DNA of 64,000 nt. Origin: Coniocarpon cinnabarinum (Eukaryota). The notes below the pieces were generated by a model, which saw only the letters and a list, made by a program, of their open reading frames with translations, was not told the origin of the DNA and searched no databases. The stretch spans positions 124,001 to 188,000 of the forward strand of contig JAVECO010000001.1 of NCBI GenBank assembly GCA_051942205.1, read 5' to 3'. The position numbers and the translations under genes are program-made. This document shows, one piece after another, positions 38,975 through 52,787 of the stretch (its first letter is position 1; every line of letters starts with the position of its first letter).

Positions 38975-39805
38975 ATGCAACTGGCAAAGGCGGCCCGAGT
39001 CATACTAGTCGGGGCCCCAGGCGTGGGCAAGGGCACTCAAGCAGGTCGTCTCCTGAAGCGATATGGACAACTCTCGGCGATAACATCTGGAGATCTACTC
39101 CGCGACAATGTGCGCAACAAGACCCCGCTAGGTCAGTTGTACATGTCGACCATTACGGAAATCCGTTGCTGATGGAACGTAGGCATTCAAGCGCAGAGGC
39201 TCATGAAGGAGGGCGCTCTCGTGCCCGATGCCATGATCCTGCGACTCATCCGAAACGAGTTGATAATACGTGGATGGTTGAAGCCGGTCCCCGGACATGA
39301 ATCCACCGTCCTCTTTGGTGGCTCGAGCCAATCGCAAGCCGTTGTTGACAACTCCATCAATGCCCAGGTGACGCCAACAAATCATCCCAACGCCTCGTAC
39401 ATTCTCGACGGTTTCCCTCGCACGGCGTCGCAAGCCGAGCAACTGGACGAGCTCGTCCCCGTCAACATGGTCGCGCACTTGCATACCCCCAGGGACATTA
39501 TACTCGATCGAATCGCAAACAGGTGGGTGCACGCGCCGTCAGGACGCGTATACAACACCACCTTCAACCCACCGGTGGTTCCGGGAAAAGATGACGTCAC
39601 AGGGGAACCATTGACACGACGTGAGGACGATAGCGAGGAGGTCTGGACGAGACGACTGCGGGATTTTGAAGAAGCAAGTGAGCCTCTCCTAGAACATTAT
39701 GACCGTGTCGGCCTGCTTTGGAAGGTGCAAGGCAACTCCTCAGATGAGATCAGCCCAAAGTTGTTTGCTGAGTTCGAACGGAGGTTTGGAGACGTAGATC
39801 CATAA
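38975..39805 (+). CDS. ADK2: Mitochondrial GTP:AMP phosphotransferase (adenylate kinase 2/AK3 type; 1 intron)
   Basis: GAPGVGKGTQ, SGDLLR, LDGFPRT, RWVHAPSGRVYN, DDVTGEPLTRREDD. Confidence 0.95.
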
Positions 39806-39907
39806 ACTATAAAGACGTCCAAAGATTTTCCAGTAACATAATATTGAGGGGCAAAGGCTAGTGAAAATGGAGACTTGCTCACGTCTTAGACCATTGGGAG
39901 TATCTAG

Positions 39908-39968
39908 GTCACGTGATCTGGCGTCTTGCCTTAATGTTCCACGCGTCTCAAAAACACGAGTCGCGAAA
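39908..39968 (+). promoter_or_regulatory. E-box, MCB and SCB-like sites upstream of MPH1
   Basis: GTCACGTGA 39908-39916, ACGCGT 39941-39946, CGCGAAA 39962-39968. Confidence 0.45.
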
Positions 39969-40182
39969 TTCGTGCAAGCTGCTCGAGCGCAAATTAGACA
40001 ACACATCGGCCCACATCTCACAAGTCAAAGCCGACCGATTTGAGCTCTCTGTGCACATTCAAGTCCAATGCCTGAGCCTGTTTGAAGTAGCCTATGCGTT
40101 CTTAAGAACTGCCAACATGTCTGATCCGCTTGAAGGAATCCAGGACGTTTCTTATTCACGATCTTTCAGGCCAAGATAAAGG

Positions 40183-43100
40183 ATGTATAGTAGCGAGTAC
40201 GTGCTCGGTGCAATGATTTCGGGGCGGTCCACTGACAGCGCAGTGCCGAGTCAACAGACGATGCCTTCGATCCACCACCAGTTCCCGCAAAGCGACGCCG
40301 CATCTCGAGCACGTCGACCGAGAATGTCGCTGCTCCACGAAAAAGAGGCAGACCTGCCAAATCCAAAAGCGAGAAAAGTGTGCCGGATAGTGCTCAGAAG
40401 CCGGTAAAGGGAGACCCGAAAGCAAAGAAACCCAAACACCGCATCATAATCCATGAAAAGCCACAGCCGCTGTGGGACGAAGAAGATGCTTTTACCCAAA
40501 CGGCTCAAGACAGCCTACTTTCCAGCCAGCCATGGCAACTGAGAGGACCAAAATGGTCGAAGCCAATCGAGTCCCCTGTCGTATCCGTGCAGCGCAACGT
40601 TCTGGAGCAGCCACCTGGAGCGAGAGACGTGTCCCCAGCTCGAAAACCTGATCGTTCAACTCAACTTGATGCCGAAGTGGGTGATGAAGATGCTAGTGAA
40701 AAGCCTCGAGTCGATACAGACCCAGGCAATACAGTGGCCGACCATACTGAAAGTGGCGCCGAAAGCGACGTTGAAGCTCTCGCAGCTTCAGATGAAGAGC
40801 ATTTGTTACCGACTCGCAGTCCCCCTGCAGCGCCCATTATCAATCAAAAATTCGCTGCAGAGCTTGCAGATTTGCCATCAGACGCTTTTGAAAATTTTGA
40901 CGTGGAGAAAGAGCTTGCTGATCTGCCGTCGGATGCCTTCGCTTCCAGTTCGAGTTCGCCTCAAAAGTCTCCTCGAAGAATTGAAAACGGAGAGCCTATC
41001 ATGCTGTCATCGCAGATATCGTCAAATGGAGTACCGAACCTTGCTGCTCCGAGGAACGCATCAGTACAGATGAACCTCTTCGGCCAGATTGCGAAAGACC
41101 AGCCCAAGTCGGATGCCTCAAATAAACGCTACAACTGGCCCGCTCCGGAGAAAGAAGAGCCACCAACACATCATGAGCTCGATGCGCAGACCTTACACAG
41201 CTGGATTTATCCAACTAATATTGGCAGCATTCGCGACTACCAATACAATATCGTACAACGAGGCTTGTTTAACAACCTGCTCGTTGCCTTACCTACAGGC
41301 CTTGGAAAGACCTTCATTGCCGCCACAGTCATGCTCAACTGGTACCGTTGGACCAAAAACGCGCAAATCGTCTTTGTGGCGCCGACGAAGCCTTTGGTGG
41401 CACAGCAAGTGGAAGCATGCTTCGGGATCGCCGGTATACCTCGTTCAGAAACTACCATGCTCACGGGAGGTATCTCGCCAGGACTTCGAGCAGAAGAGTG
41501 GCTCACAAAGCGCGTGTTCTTCACCACCCCTCAAACAGTCCACCACGACTTCCAAAGCGGCATTGCTGACCCCAAAAAGCTAGTGCTGCTAGTCGTAGAC
41601 GAAGCCCATCGGGCTACTGGCAACTATGCATATGTGCAACTCGTCAGATTCGTTCGCCGATTCAACCCCAGCTTTCGAGTGCTCGCTTTGACAGCGACGC
41701 CAGGCAACAGTGTTGAAGCAGTCCAAGAAGTGATCAACGGTTTAGATATTGCGCGGGTCGAGATCCGCACGGAGACATCCCTGGATATTCGACAATATGT
41801 TCATCAGCGAAAGACTGATCGCAAAATTTTCTCAAACAGCGCCGAAATGGATATGATCATGGACTGGTTTGGTAAGGCCTTGCAGCCCGTGATAAACATC
41901 CTCGTTGGCCAGAATGCGTATTGGGAGCGCGATCCCCTGAAGATCACTCCTTTTGGGCTGACACAAGGTCGAAATAAGTGGAACGCATCGGAAACTGGTC
42001 GTCGTGCCCACATGGGAACAAAAGCCCAAGTCAATCGCATTTTCACCGTTCTTGCGAGTTTGGCACACTCCCTGGAGCTGCTGAAATATCACGGCCTGGG
42101 TCCATTTTTCCACACGATGAAAGCGTTTCAGAACAAGATTCTGATGGCGAAGGGAGGGAGCAAGTATGAGTCTATGATCAATGATAATGAGAACTTTCAA
42201 AAAATGATGACACGACTTCAATTTTGGATCAACAACCCCGACTTTGTTGGACACCCCAAACTGGAATATCTACAGAATTTGGTTCTTGAGCATTTTTCAA
42301 ATACGTCGGAGCTGCAGGAAGTCAACGCCGAAGGCAATCCGCCGCGCGAGACAAGAATCATGATATTTGCACACTTTCGTGACTCTGCGGAGGAAATCTG
42401 TCGAGTGTTGAGACGTGACCAGCCCATGATCAGACCACATGTTTTTGTTGGGCAGAGCTCATCAAAGGGGTCCGAAGGTATGGATCAGAAGAAGCAGCAG
42501 GAGATCATTGGTAAGTTTAAAGACGGCACGTACAACACGCTCATCGCCACCTCCATTGGTGAAGAAGGTCTCGACATTGGCGAAGTTGACCTGATCGTGT
42601 GCTACGACTCTTCGGCGTCGCCAATCCGCATGTTACAGCGCATGGGTCGAACAGGTCGAAAGCGCGCCGGTGCCATCGTTTTGCTTCTTATGCGCGGCAA
42701 GGAAGAAGAAAGCTTTATACGAGCCAAAGACAACTATGAGAAGATGCAAAGCATGATCAGCCTCGGTGATCGTTTCGACTTCCACGACGACAAATCTCCC
42801 CGCATCTTGCCTCGAGGGTGCAATCCTGAACCGGAACGGAGGCATGTCGAGATACCGGTGGAAAATACGCAGGCTGCTCTGCCTGAACCCACTGAGAAGG
42901 GTCGTAAGGCACCGAAGAAGCCGCCCAAGAAATTCCACATGCCTGATAATGTCAAAACGGGCTTTGTTAAGGCATCGCGCATAAACGCCTCCGAATCTGA
43001 CTCAGATGACATTGGAGCTTCTAAGGCCGATCTTGCACCCATTCCGACTCACGCCTCTGTTAAGCTATCGCCTAAAAGTTTCAAGGACTTTGAAAAGAAC

Positions 43101-44186
43101 TACTTGCGTGCTCACGGCGATGATGACGACGTTAATGTCATGATGCCGTCTGCAGATCAGTACACCGGCGCATTGAGAGACTTGCAACGCACCAAGCTCG
43201 TGAGACATGGTCAGGTTACTATCGACAGAGTTAATATGGTGTCGCGCATGCATGCTATCAACACGGAGACGATCGACGACTGGGACCGGACAGCTGGAAA
43301 TCTCGACATCAATGCCCTTTGCGGTCCTGAGCGCGCTATTTCGCAACCAAGTTTATCGTCCATAATCCCCGACAAACCCACATCATCAAACACAAAATCA
43401 AAACCCGCACCGAAACGCGGTCGTCCTGCCAAAGCTGCCAACACCACCAATGCTGCGCCCAAGAAAACAACAAAACGCGCTCCTCCCGCTGCGAAACAAA
43501 CCCCCCAAACCAAGAAATCAACAAAGCGAAGCTTTTCATACGCTGAGACGCTTGCATCTATGGACGCGCCTCCTTCTTCGCCTCCGGCTACGGATCCACG
43601 TCTTGCACTTCCTACTCAGGGGATTGATTTGGGAAGTCAGGATACTTCCGGTGATGATTTTGATGAGTACGCTGATAGTAGTTTGAGAGCGTTTGTGGTG
43701 AATAGTGATGAAATCGTCCGTGATGGAGATGATGAGAGCCATAGCGGGAGTGGCAGCGGCATCAGCAGCGAAGATGATGATGAAGTCATGACACGATCGA
43801 TCAAACGCTCTCGCGGCCGGGGTCAGAAAAGAGGGAGAGGACAGGACTCAGGGAGTGAAGACGATGCCTCGAGTGATGAACACGGTAAGGAGAGCGATCA
43901 AGGCAGCGATCGAAGCGGTGACGAAAACGAGGAAGACGAGAGGAGTGCGGGAAGTGATAACAGTCTTCCAGACGTCGACGCCCTCCTCCGCTCGCAACCA
44001 GCCTTGCCATCAACGTCGAAAACACGTCAATCCGGGAAAGTTGCGCAAAAAGGCGATATCAGTCCGGCGAGTAAACGGCTTTCGCAGCGGATGCAGACTA
44101 CAGCAACGAAAGCGAAGGCAAAGGCGAAGGTGAAGACAAGGAAAAAGCGAAGAGTTGTAGAAAGTGAGAGTGAGGATAGCGAATAG
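40183..44186 (+). CDS. MPH1: FANCM-family DNA helicase Mph1 (short first exon, 1 intron)
   Basis: MYSSD/AESTDDAFD after splicing; ALPTGLGKT, VDEAHRATG, LALTATPG, ATSIGEEGLDIG, QRMGRTGRKRAG. Confidence 0.96.
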
Positions 44187-44733
44187 AGTTTGTATAACAG
44201 ACGAGAATAAATTCACGAGCATATCATATATGATGTTGTCTTATACTAATTGACTTGGGTACTTGAAGTGTGACTTCGTGGTCTTCTGAATTTACGTGAT
44301 GCAACTCGTTCGAGGTGAGGTGATTTGATTTTCCGTGCATTTGCAAAGTTGAAGTGGTTCGTCTTCGTATGATGTGATATCGAGCGCCACTCTGCTTTAG
44401 TATTTTCATTGCGGGCACTAAGGATCACTTTTCTCATTCATTTACTCGCATTTTCATTCATTTCATATACTTGATACATCTGACGACCCTATCTCTCTTG
44501 CCATCTTCCACTTTCAATGCCATTCGTAGCTAGTCCACGACCCCGCTCTTTTTTGAAATCTCACATTACATATCATCGCACTATCTTCGACCTTCGTAGC
44601 ATCCACTCATCCCGTAATTCTGACAAAAATGATAACTCCTCACGAATCGCTATCGCGTCAGTGCCTTCCATTTACTCTCAAGTCAGCTCATGATCATGCA
44701 CCACAAGGCTGCACTTCACAAGTCTGCGTAAAA

Positions 44734-47474
44734 TCATGCACCATCATACATGACCTCCACCGCCCTCTCCAAATCCACAATCCTCCCCTCTTTCTCCCGT
44801 TCAATCAAAGCATTCACGAATTTCAGTCCCTCTTTTTCGCGTAGCCACGTCAGAATGACATGACGCCATTCATCCATTTCATGAGCAGATGGTCTAAACT
44901 CCGTCGATGACACCGTCGATGAAACCGCAGATAAAGTTCCAGGAGTGAAATCATTAAAGAAGAGTTCTGCATCTTCGGTGACGAAGAGTTCGGGGCTGTT
45001 TGTCCAGAATGGTTCGGATTGAAGATATGAGAGGTGGGATAGGTGTTTGAGGTGGTTGAGTGGGAGATGGAGGGGAATCGTCTCACGAGGATGGAAGGTC
45101 CGTTCGACCTCAGATGGGGTGTCGAACTGAGGATGCACGTCTGGGCGAGGCGCCGTGGCAATGTCCCGTCTCTGAATCTGTCCATGAGGCGCTGGCGTCG
45201 ACGTTCTTCCCGTCGCACTGTCCGACGGGAGCTGACTCGCTATCTCGAAGTCGGTATGCAAATTCTTGATTCCACGTCGATCCACTTGTGTAACTACACT
45301 CCCACTCAACCTTCCACTCACACCTCCAGTTAACGCCCCATTTCCGGATTGCTTATGCAACGTCGACAACTCAGCACGTTGTGCTCCAAAATGCTGACGT
45401 CCAAGAGACGACTGCGTGTGATGTTGCTTTATCGACGCATTAACACGTTGCCCAATAAACATATCCTGAATCGACCGATTCGGGCGTTCCGCTTTCGATT
45501 CCCGTCGCTTCTTCGAAGGCGGCGGCTTCTTGGTAAAGAGGCCAAAGGGATCATTATACGTGCCTTGCGGTCCTTGTTCAGATTTTTTACGGGCAGGCGC
45601 GGGACGTCGTTTCGCTTCTTTGGGCACGTGAGTTAGGAGTTTGTTTGGTTGGTGGAAGGATGGACGTGGAAGTGAGGCTGAAGGGTTGGTTGAGGGTGGT
45701 TGTTCGGATATCATGGAGAGCGTTGGTGAGGGTGGGCGATGGGGAGACGGTGTAAAATGGGGAGTGAGAAAGTTGTTGAATTGCTGTTGAGTTAGCAAAT
45801 CGCCCCTGGGCGCCGCGTCTTTCTCGTTGGCGATGTCCTCACTGTCGCTTGACTCCGCCGAAGAGAGGGGCATTGTAAGGCCCTCGATATCTTCATGGTC
45901 GGAGAACGAAGACCGCGGAGCCCGTGCGGGAGAAGATGAGTTTGCGGGGGTCGGTAATGTCCATGGTGGATACGGCGGTAGTCCGTGAGATGTCTCTTTG
46001 GCATTGATCTCACTGTCCGACAAGTCCTGCAAGCGTTGGAATGACTCTCGTTGCGGGCGAGGGAGGTTTATTCTGGGCACGACAGGGTTGGCTTGCAGTC
46101 TGGTGATGGCGAAGGGATCCATACCCTTGGGCAGGGACGCGTCTGCGGCAGCGGGCAGTCGGACACTGTCGTCCTCCAGAACGACCCCTTCCTTTCGATT
46201 GCGAGTGTCTATGTCCGGTGACGTCGACCGACACTCAGGGGTATGTCGACGTGCGGACTGTTCGCGACTTGAATGCATCTCTGCATCGTCCTCGAGAACA
46301 GAGAACGAGACACGCTGTCGAACACTTGTTCGAGGTCTAGGGGGCGTGACCGATGACTTGGCAGACTGCGAAGGTGCTACAGCATATGCAATGTCTAATA
46401 GCTTGTGGAATGCCTGCACGATCTTATCACCATCATCAAATATCACGTCATTCTTCGCGGGCTCGACGTTCACATCGTAGAATCCAGGCGGACAAGCAAT
46501 GTTGAGCCAAATGAATGGCTGCTTGATGTCAATGGAGTGCGGACGTGACGATCTGAGTCTCTCTTTGTAAGCTTCTAGAAGCTGCTTAAGAAGACCACGA
46601 TTCGCTGATACTGGTCTCGAGTCGACTGAAAAAAAATCGCCAATGCCGCTGACTTTGGACGGATCAGCGTCGATCTTGGGAAGATAGGCACACATCTCGA
46701 TATCATCATGTTCGACGTGTAGAACATGACATCGGGATGCGCAATTATTACCCACGACTTTGAGTGTAGCATCTTCAACGCTGGGGTTAGACTTCGGTGC
46801 ATACGTCCAGTTGTTCTTGTCATTTTTAGATTTCAATACCTTCAGCGAGAAACGAACTGACGGCCGCGCCATCGCGTATGCTTGCAGCGTGGCTTTAACC
46901 TTATTAAGGCATTTCGCAGCGTTCTTCTTCGCAGCTTGTTTCCGCACAGGAAGAGTGCTGAAAAGGTCAACGGCACGTACCGTGGTTCCGACTGGCTGAC
47001 TGGCCACGCCCTCGCTTGATCCAGTCAGGCAAAGGGTGTTACACTGTGCTAGATGATTGCTCACCTTACAATCTCACCGTCACGAGCAAATTTCAAGGCC
47101 GTGGCAGCCACCTCACCATCAGTTCTGGTAGTAACAGTCAAGTCTCTGCTCACCTCCGCGAGACTTGCCAACGCTTCGCCGCGAAAGCCTAACCACGTTC
47201 CACCGAGCAGCCTGAACTCTTCTTGACTCTTGATCTTGCTAGTGCAATAGCGCTTGCAGATGAGTGCACGGTCTCCGGGCGCAATGCCATGTCCATTATC
47301 ACGAACCTGAACCACATCGAGCGTGTTCGAGGAAATCTCTACCTGTATGGAGGAGCAATTTGCGTCGAGGGCGTTGTCCACAAGCTCTTTGACTACGGAG
47401 TCTGGTGTTGTGATGACTTGAGATGATCCGAGAGCTCGGATCGTTCCCTGTTGGAGGGCCTGGATGGGTGACAT
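44734..47474 (-). CDS. MutL-family mismatch repair protein, Mlh2/human PMS1-like (1 intron)
   Basis: VVKELVDNALDA, VRDNGHGI, CTSKI, LGFRGEALASL, DVNVEPAKNDV; no DQHA endonuclease motif visible in the C-terminus. Confidence 0.88.
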
Positions 47475-48997
47475 TATTGCAACAGCGGCATACCCAAGCG
47501 ATTTTGTCCTGTGTAAGCTGAGCTTTTCTTTGTGAACAGGTTGCAATGACGAACACGAAAGGATTTTCCGAAAGTCTGCGCTCCAGGTTGACGGTTACAG
47601 ACCGATTGGAGCTTCGATACGCTTCACCGCCAGTGTGTTCATTCACGTGACTCAACCCTGCATTTCTTACACACAACGCTGTCTCGAATAGATTCGGACC
47701 TTACCGCGGTCTAAGAAAATGATAGCGTCTCTTCATGCCTGAGTGCAAACGATGTATGAGCGTTACTGCACGAGTTTCGACCCTCATCATTTCCCACCGT
47801 GGCGCAAATGCTCAGGGGGCGAAGGATCGCCATTTTGAATGCTCACTTGGAGAAGCATGCGCATGTTGCGTTGATTCAGATAACAGGCATATTGTTACCC
47901 ACAAGGACTGTATCCTAGTCCTGATCAGGAAAATGTGTTCCTGCAGACAGTCTTTGAGCACGTCATTACTACATCGAAGGTCTCCTATTCTAACAAGCGT
48001 ATTGCACCTCATACTCCTTGGGGACCGGACGAATCTGCTGTGGTCGCTCTAAAAGCAAGATTGATGCTGTCTTAGCTCAACAGAAAATGCAGAGATCTAA
48101 TCGTGAAGTAAGTTTGTGCGTGGAGGTGATGGTCTTGGACATGGCGAGTACTTTCATGCCGTTGACCATAACCATGTGAAATGCACCGCTGTTGTTACTA
48201 CAAGCAATCGATCACAACTGACGCTTGTCGACCACAACGTGGTTTAAAGTCGTACTGCCTGGAGATTGTCTACCGTAGTAGCTGCAAGAATGGGTTCAGA
48301 ACTCGTCTTCACTTGTCAAGATCTATTTGACGAGGTCTACATCTCTCCATGAATTTTGGATCTGGTTGTGTACCCGGTGTCAGAGAGCGGCTAGCTCCGT
48401 CTCCCGTGGCTATAGACGGGGGGTTGCATGGGGAAAAAAACCAAAGGTTTCTGGCCTAAGCTTGCTTTAAACCAGCAGGACGGATCTGAGTCAATGACTG
48501 AGGACGGCATGTTTGCGATCTATCTCTCGCAGACACAGTGGATGCCCCCATTTCCTGCAGCATCGAAGGAGCAATGGCTGTTGCTCGAGAATGTACTATC
48601 CGGCCCGCCAGATGTCCAAGGCGAAGACTGGCTGCTGTTGCGTGCTGCGTGTGTTAAGACGTAGTACGATCATCTCATTCACTGCGTTGTTTGGCGGCTG
48701 TTAAAGCGTCAGCTTCGGCGAAGATCTGAGCAGCTTGGTGAATAGTACCGAGATCGCGACTGTCGGAGAAAGTCAACACAACGCATCCGAATTTATGCGA
48801 AGTCCACTGAGGATTATATCCTGCAAGGAGTAAGCCGGCGAAATGCGTCGGCTTTCCAACAGGAAGCCTTTGCACCGCACGTGCCTTCCATTCCGGAAAG
48901 TTGCCTCCTTCGGGAGGACGATTCGGCGTTGCACCGAATGGTCACGCAATGCAAGACATTGATACCATAAAATTTTAAAAGATTGAAAAGGACCACA

Positions 48998-49977
48998 ATG
49001 AGGCGGCGGAAACCTGGGGTATCCCCGCAAGATATTTATTCGGAAGCGCAAGCGCCACAGCCGCAGCAGGCCATGCAGCAAGGATCTTGGCATGGGCCGA
49101 TGCCTCAGTCACTGCAAGACCGCTCCGTCGACATGCAGGACCAGAGATCCTATGATCGTCCAGAGTCCGATGATGTTCCAGGTGTTGAGGGTGCTTTGGA
49201 ACTGCGTGACTTGAGTCGCACTTCGTCGCTATCATCAAGCACATCTGCGAATAGTACGCGCATTGATGAAGAATTTGCGAATGACCCTGCATATCCCTCG
49301 TCAACTACCACACCAGAAAATGGTTTGAAGGAGCCCCCGTCTTCAAACCTACCTAAATCTTCAAAATCAACCAGTCCAGCTGAAGGTCATCGCGGCGCAC
49401 AAGCGCCACCGGCGCCTCCTTTGCGGGCGGATAGATCTCGACCAGCTTCGTTAAGGCGTCTTCCAAGTCCAACCTCAGATTCCGAGCACCATCACTTTCC
49501 GTCTCTGCGCAGATTTTGGGGACGCGAGATCGCCATCAACGTGCCTTTCAAGTACTCTCGGGACCATCTTGCTCTTGAACGTACGTTTCTCGGCTATGCC
49601 AGGACGTCCATAAGTATGAGCATGATTGCAGTGGCAATCGTTCAGCTCTATCCTATGGCGCCTCAAGGTATCCATGTCGATGGAGTACTGACTTTCCAAA
49701 AGTTGGCGGCGCCGCTGGCGGCACTCTTCGTGGTAGCGGCTATTATTAATACCCTGCTGGCAGCGGGCAGGTTTTGGAGGCAACAAAATGCTATGGTACG
49801 TGGGGTCATCTGCACTTGTAGCTGGGAAGTGATGGGATGTGGCGGGCTCGTCGTCATTGTAAGTCAGGGTCTTTCCTGAGCGAAAAGTGATTCCCCAGAC
49901 ACCAAGTTCACTACTAATTCATCCTCAAGCTGATGTTTGCCCTTTTGGTTACCACGCTGGTCGCTGTGAGTTCTTAA
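48998..49977 (+). CDS. DUF202 membrane protein (1 intron)
   Basis: RDHLALERTFLGYARTS followed by three hydrophobic segments; last exon LMFALLVTTLVAVSS*. Confidence 0.85.
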
Positions 49978-50452
49978 TCTTGATCTTTCCCTTGACCTCC
50001 AATGGCGGGCAGGAGCTAACGCAATCTTCTTAGGAACCAGAAGTCCCCAAAGATCGCTCGAATCTTCGGTTGCGACTGGGTTAGGATATGCTGGAGCGTG
50101 AAGTTGGGATCGGTGATAGCGACAACATGTAAGAGTAGCTTTCACAGCTCGGAAAATGCACGTGGCATTGAAATTGGATGGCCAGCTGCTATCGAGCGCG
50201 AGCGAGCGCCTCTGTCGGTAACCCTAAAACAAAGCTTGATTTGCACTTCTCCGACAGTCCAGAGGTCGCTCGAAAAGCGGTTCCAACATGCATGCTGTTG
50301 CACGTTCTGCGGAAATAACATAACGTGCAACCTCTTCCCGTTGCCGTTCGATCCACTCGCAAGCGCAGATCATGTTGCATTGCGGGCGGGAGGAGACTGT
50401 TATGAGGTCTTCCTTGGACTATTAATTCGTTTTTTGCTTTTCAAGCGGATCA

Positions 50453-52787
50453 CTAGAACAGTCCTGGATATGCTGGAGCTTTGCTCGGTTTCTGCAATGG
50501 CGGCGTTAGTGAAAGACCTGTCGTGTTAAGGGAAGGGGGCTTCCTTACCCGGGGACTTGGTCGCGAACCATGTTCCCAAAGAAACTCGGTCGTACTGTTG
50601 TGACCCGTCTCACGAGAAACATCAAGTGGAGTTTTGCCAGCTCCACTGATGTTGTTGACGCCAGCGTGCCTGGCCACTAGTAGCTTCACCACCCTCAAAT
50701 GACCCTTCTCGGCCGCATTGTGGAGGGCAGTCGTCTCATCCGCGGACTTTGCGTTGATTTTGACCCCAGAGTCCAGTAGCATTTTCACGACACGCTCGTG
50801 GCCCATAATAGCTGCATAGTGAAGCGGGGTTCGAAAGCTCAAGTGAGTCCGTGGTTCCGACATGGCGCCGGCTTCCAATAGCGCCCTTACAACCTCCGCA
50901 TCACCCGAAATGGCCGCTTCGTGCATTGCTGTTCGGTTGTCATTTTGAGGATCTTTGAGATCGAAGTCGACGTATCTTTCTACGAGAGCGTGAGCTACCT
51001 TGAAGTCTCGATTCCGTAACGCATCATGCAGGACGAAAGCATCGCGAGTCACCTCGTCACCACGTGAGTTCTTGCGCGTCAAGAACGGTAATGATTTTTT
51101 GCGAGGGTAATTATATTTATGGTGGCTGCTGTCTGACGTGCACGTTGGAGATCGATCAAGGCGTGCCATTTTCGATGGGCTTAGTGCTGCCGATCCTAGG
51201 CTCATGGACTTCAGACTGGACGATACTGACTCTTCTTCAGATAGACGTTCTGAAAGGGTGGGTGAGGTCGGACCGCCGTTACTGAAAGTCTGAGCCTTCC
51301 ATCCGGCTGGCTTTGTGACTTTGTTGATCGCATCCTTGATGCTGCCAACAATGTCGTCGTACAAGCCTGCCTCACGCTTTTGAGCCCAGGCAAGACCGCG
51401 ATGATCAGCATCAACAGCGATCTTTGAGCTCTGAAACAAGGTTGCAGTATCCTGTCGAACAAGGATGTCAGGCCATACTAGATCAGTGAGCGTGTCTCGG
51501 GTCTCATAACAGGCGACGATATGCAAGAGGTCTGCAATGGGCGCAAAGTCTGAATTCAGTGCCAAAATGGTAGGAGACTTTAGCATGTCAGCGTTTGAGG
51601 GCAGCATGTCATCGGAAACTGGTAGTTGTGCTTACCCCTGGCGACAGTTCGCTGCTCAGCTTGTCCGACATCTGTCCGTTGGAAATCAACGAGCATGTCC
51701 ATTGGTCCAGGCCATCGTGCGGAGCGCCGAGGAATATGACACTCTTGACGAGATCGTGTTCAACGTCTCGAGATGAGAGGTAGAGAATGCGCTTCAGGAC
51801 CAAGCATCCGGTACTGTGTGCCACGTAAACGACAGGCCTCCTCTCACGGCGCTCTGCTTGACGCAGGCGATGAAAACGTCTCAGAAATGTTTCTGCCTTG
51901 TCATAGATGTTGTTGTCAGCATCCTCATAAGCTTCCGGATTGTTGCCATAGAGTAGTGCACGGCAGCGAGGCACCGCTTTGGGTAAGTTGCTGCTGCGCG
52001 ATGAGGTGAGAAACGAGGGCGTGACGCTCTTCATGAGGGAGAGAAAAGCTTACAGCGGCCAACAGTCGCCATTTGGTGTGTAGCCTTCACACCATGTTAG
52101 GTAAGGATGGCTTCCAATGGCAGGCAAAAAGACGACACTGGAACCTTGTCAGCGACTTGAGAAATGTCACGTGTCACGTGCCTTACTCAACCGCAGCTTC
52201 ATTACAGGTATTCAAAGGTGTGAAACCAACAAACTCGGCGTCCATCTGCACTGTGTCGGTACGGACTCTCTCGTCGATTTGTCGGGGGTAGGGCAAGCCG
52301 CCCGGCTTCGGCGCAAACGACAGAATAGCAGTCTGGCGAGCATCATCGCCCTCGTGAGGCCTTCTACCCAACGAAGGCACTAACGAGATGACACGCAGTC
52401 GAGACCTGCAACATATTCAGTCAGCAACCTCTGCAAAGCTTGCCTCGTACATCAGCGTAGGATGCCTGCGCGGATTGTTGTGAGCAGTCAAGCAAGCCCG
52501 AATGCAAGTGATTTGACAGCCAGGCACTTGTGTTCAGCATGTAAATTCACCGAAGATAAAACAAGATAAGCAAAGGCTGGAGCAGCCAACATGATGGGGG
52601 CGCACGCAAACCAACAGTGTCGTACATACCGGTCCTGCTCAGCGAAATACTTGGGTAGAGATGCTGCACTGGCAGTGGAAGGAATCGAGTCGACTCGGAA
52701 GGTGAGCCACTGGTCCGGGGGAGCAACCTGGGGCGAAGAAGATCCAGACGCCCTCAGAGTGGTGTTGGAGGGCCGCTTGGAGACCAT
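50453..52787 (-). CDS. SesB-like alpha/beta-hydrolase fused to C-terminal ankyrin repeats (multi-exon)
   Basis: TFRVDSIP; DAEFVGFTPL; VVFLPAIGSHPYLTW; PVVYVAHSTGCLVLK; VIFLGAPHDG; ankyrins RTAMHEAA, RTPLHYAA, TTALHNAA, KTPLD. Confidence 0.82.

Noticed and set aside
47735..48970. Short ORFs possibly from a degraded gene
   Set aside because: No family motif or consistent splice path could be supported.
51575..51640. Apparent break between hydrolase and ankyrin ORFs
   Set aside because: A normal GTAAGC...GCTGAC...AAG intron joins them in frame.
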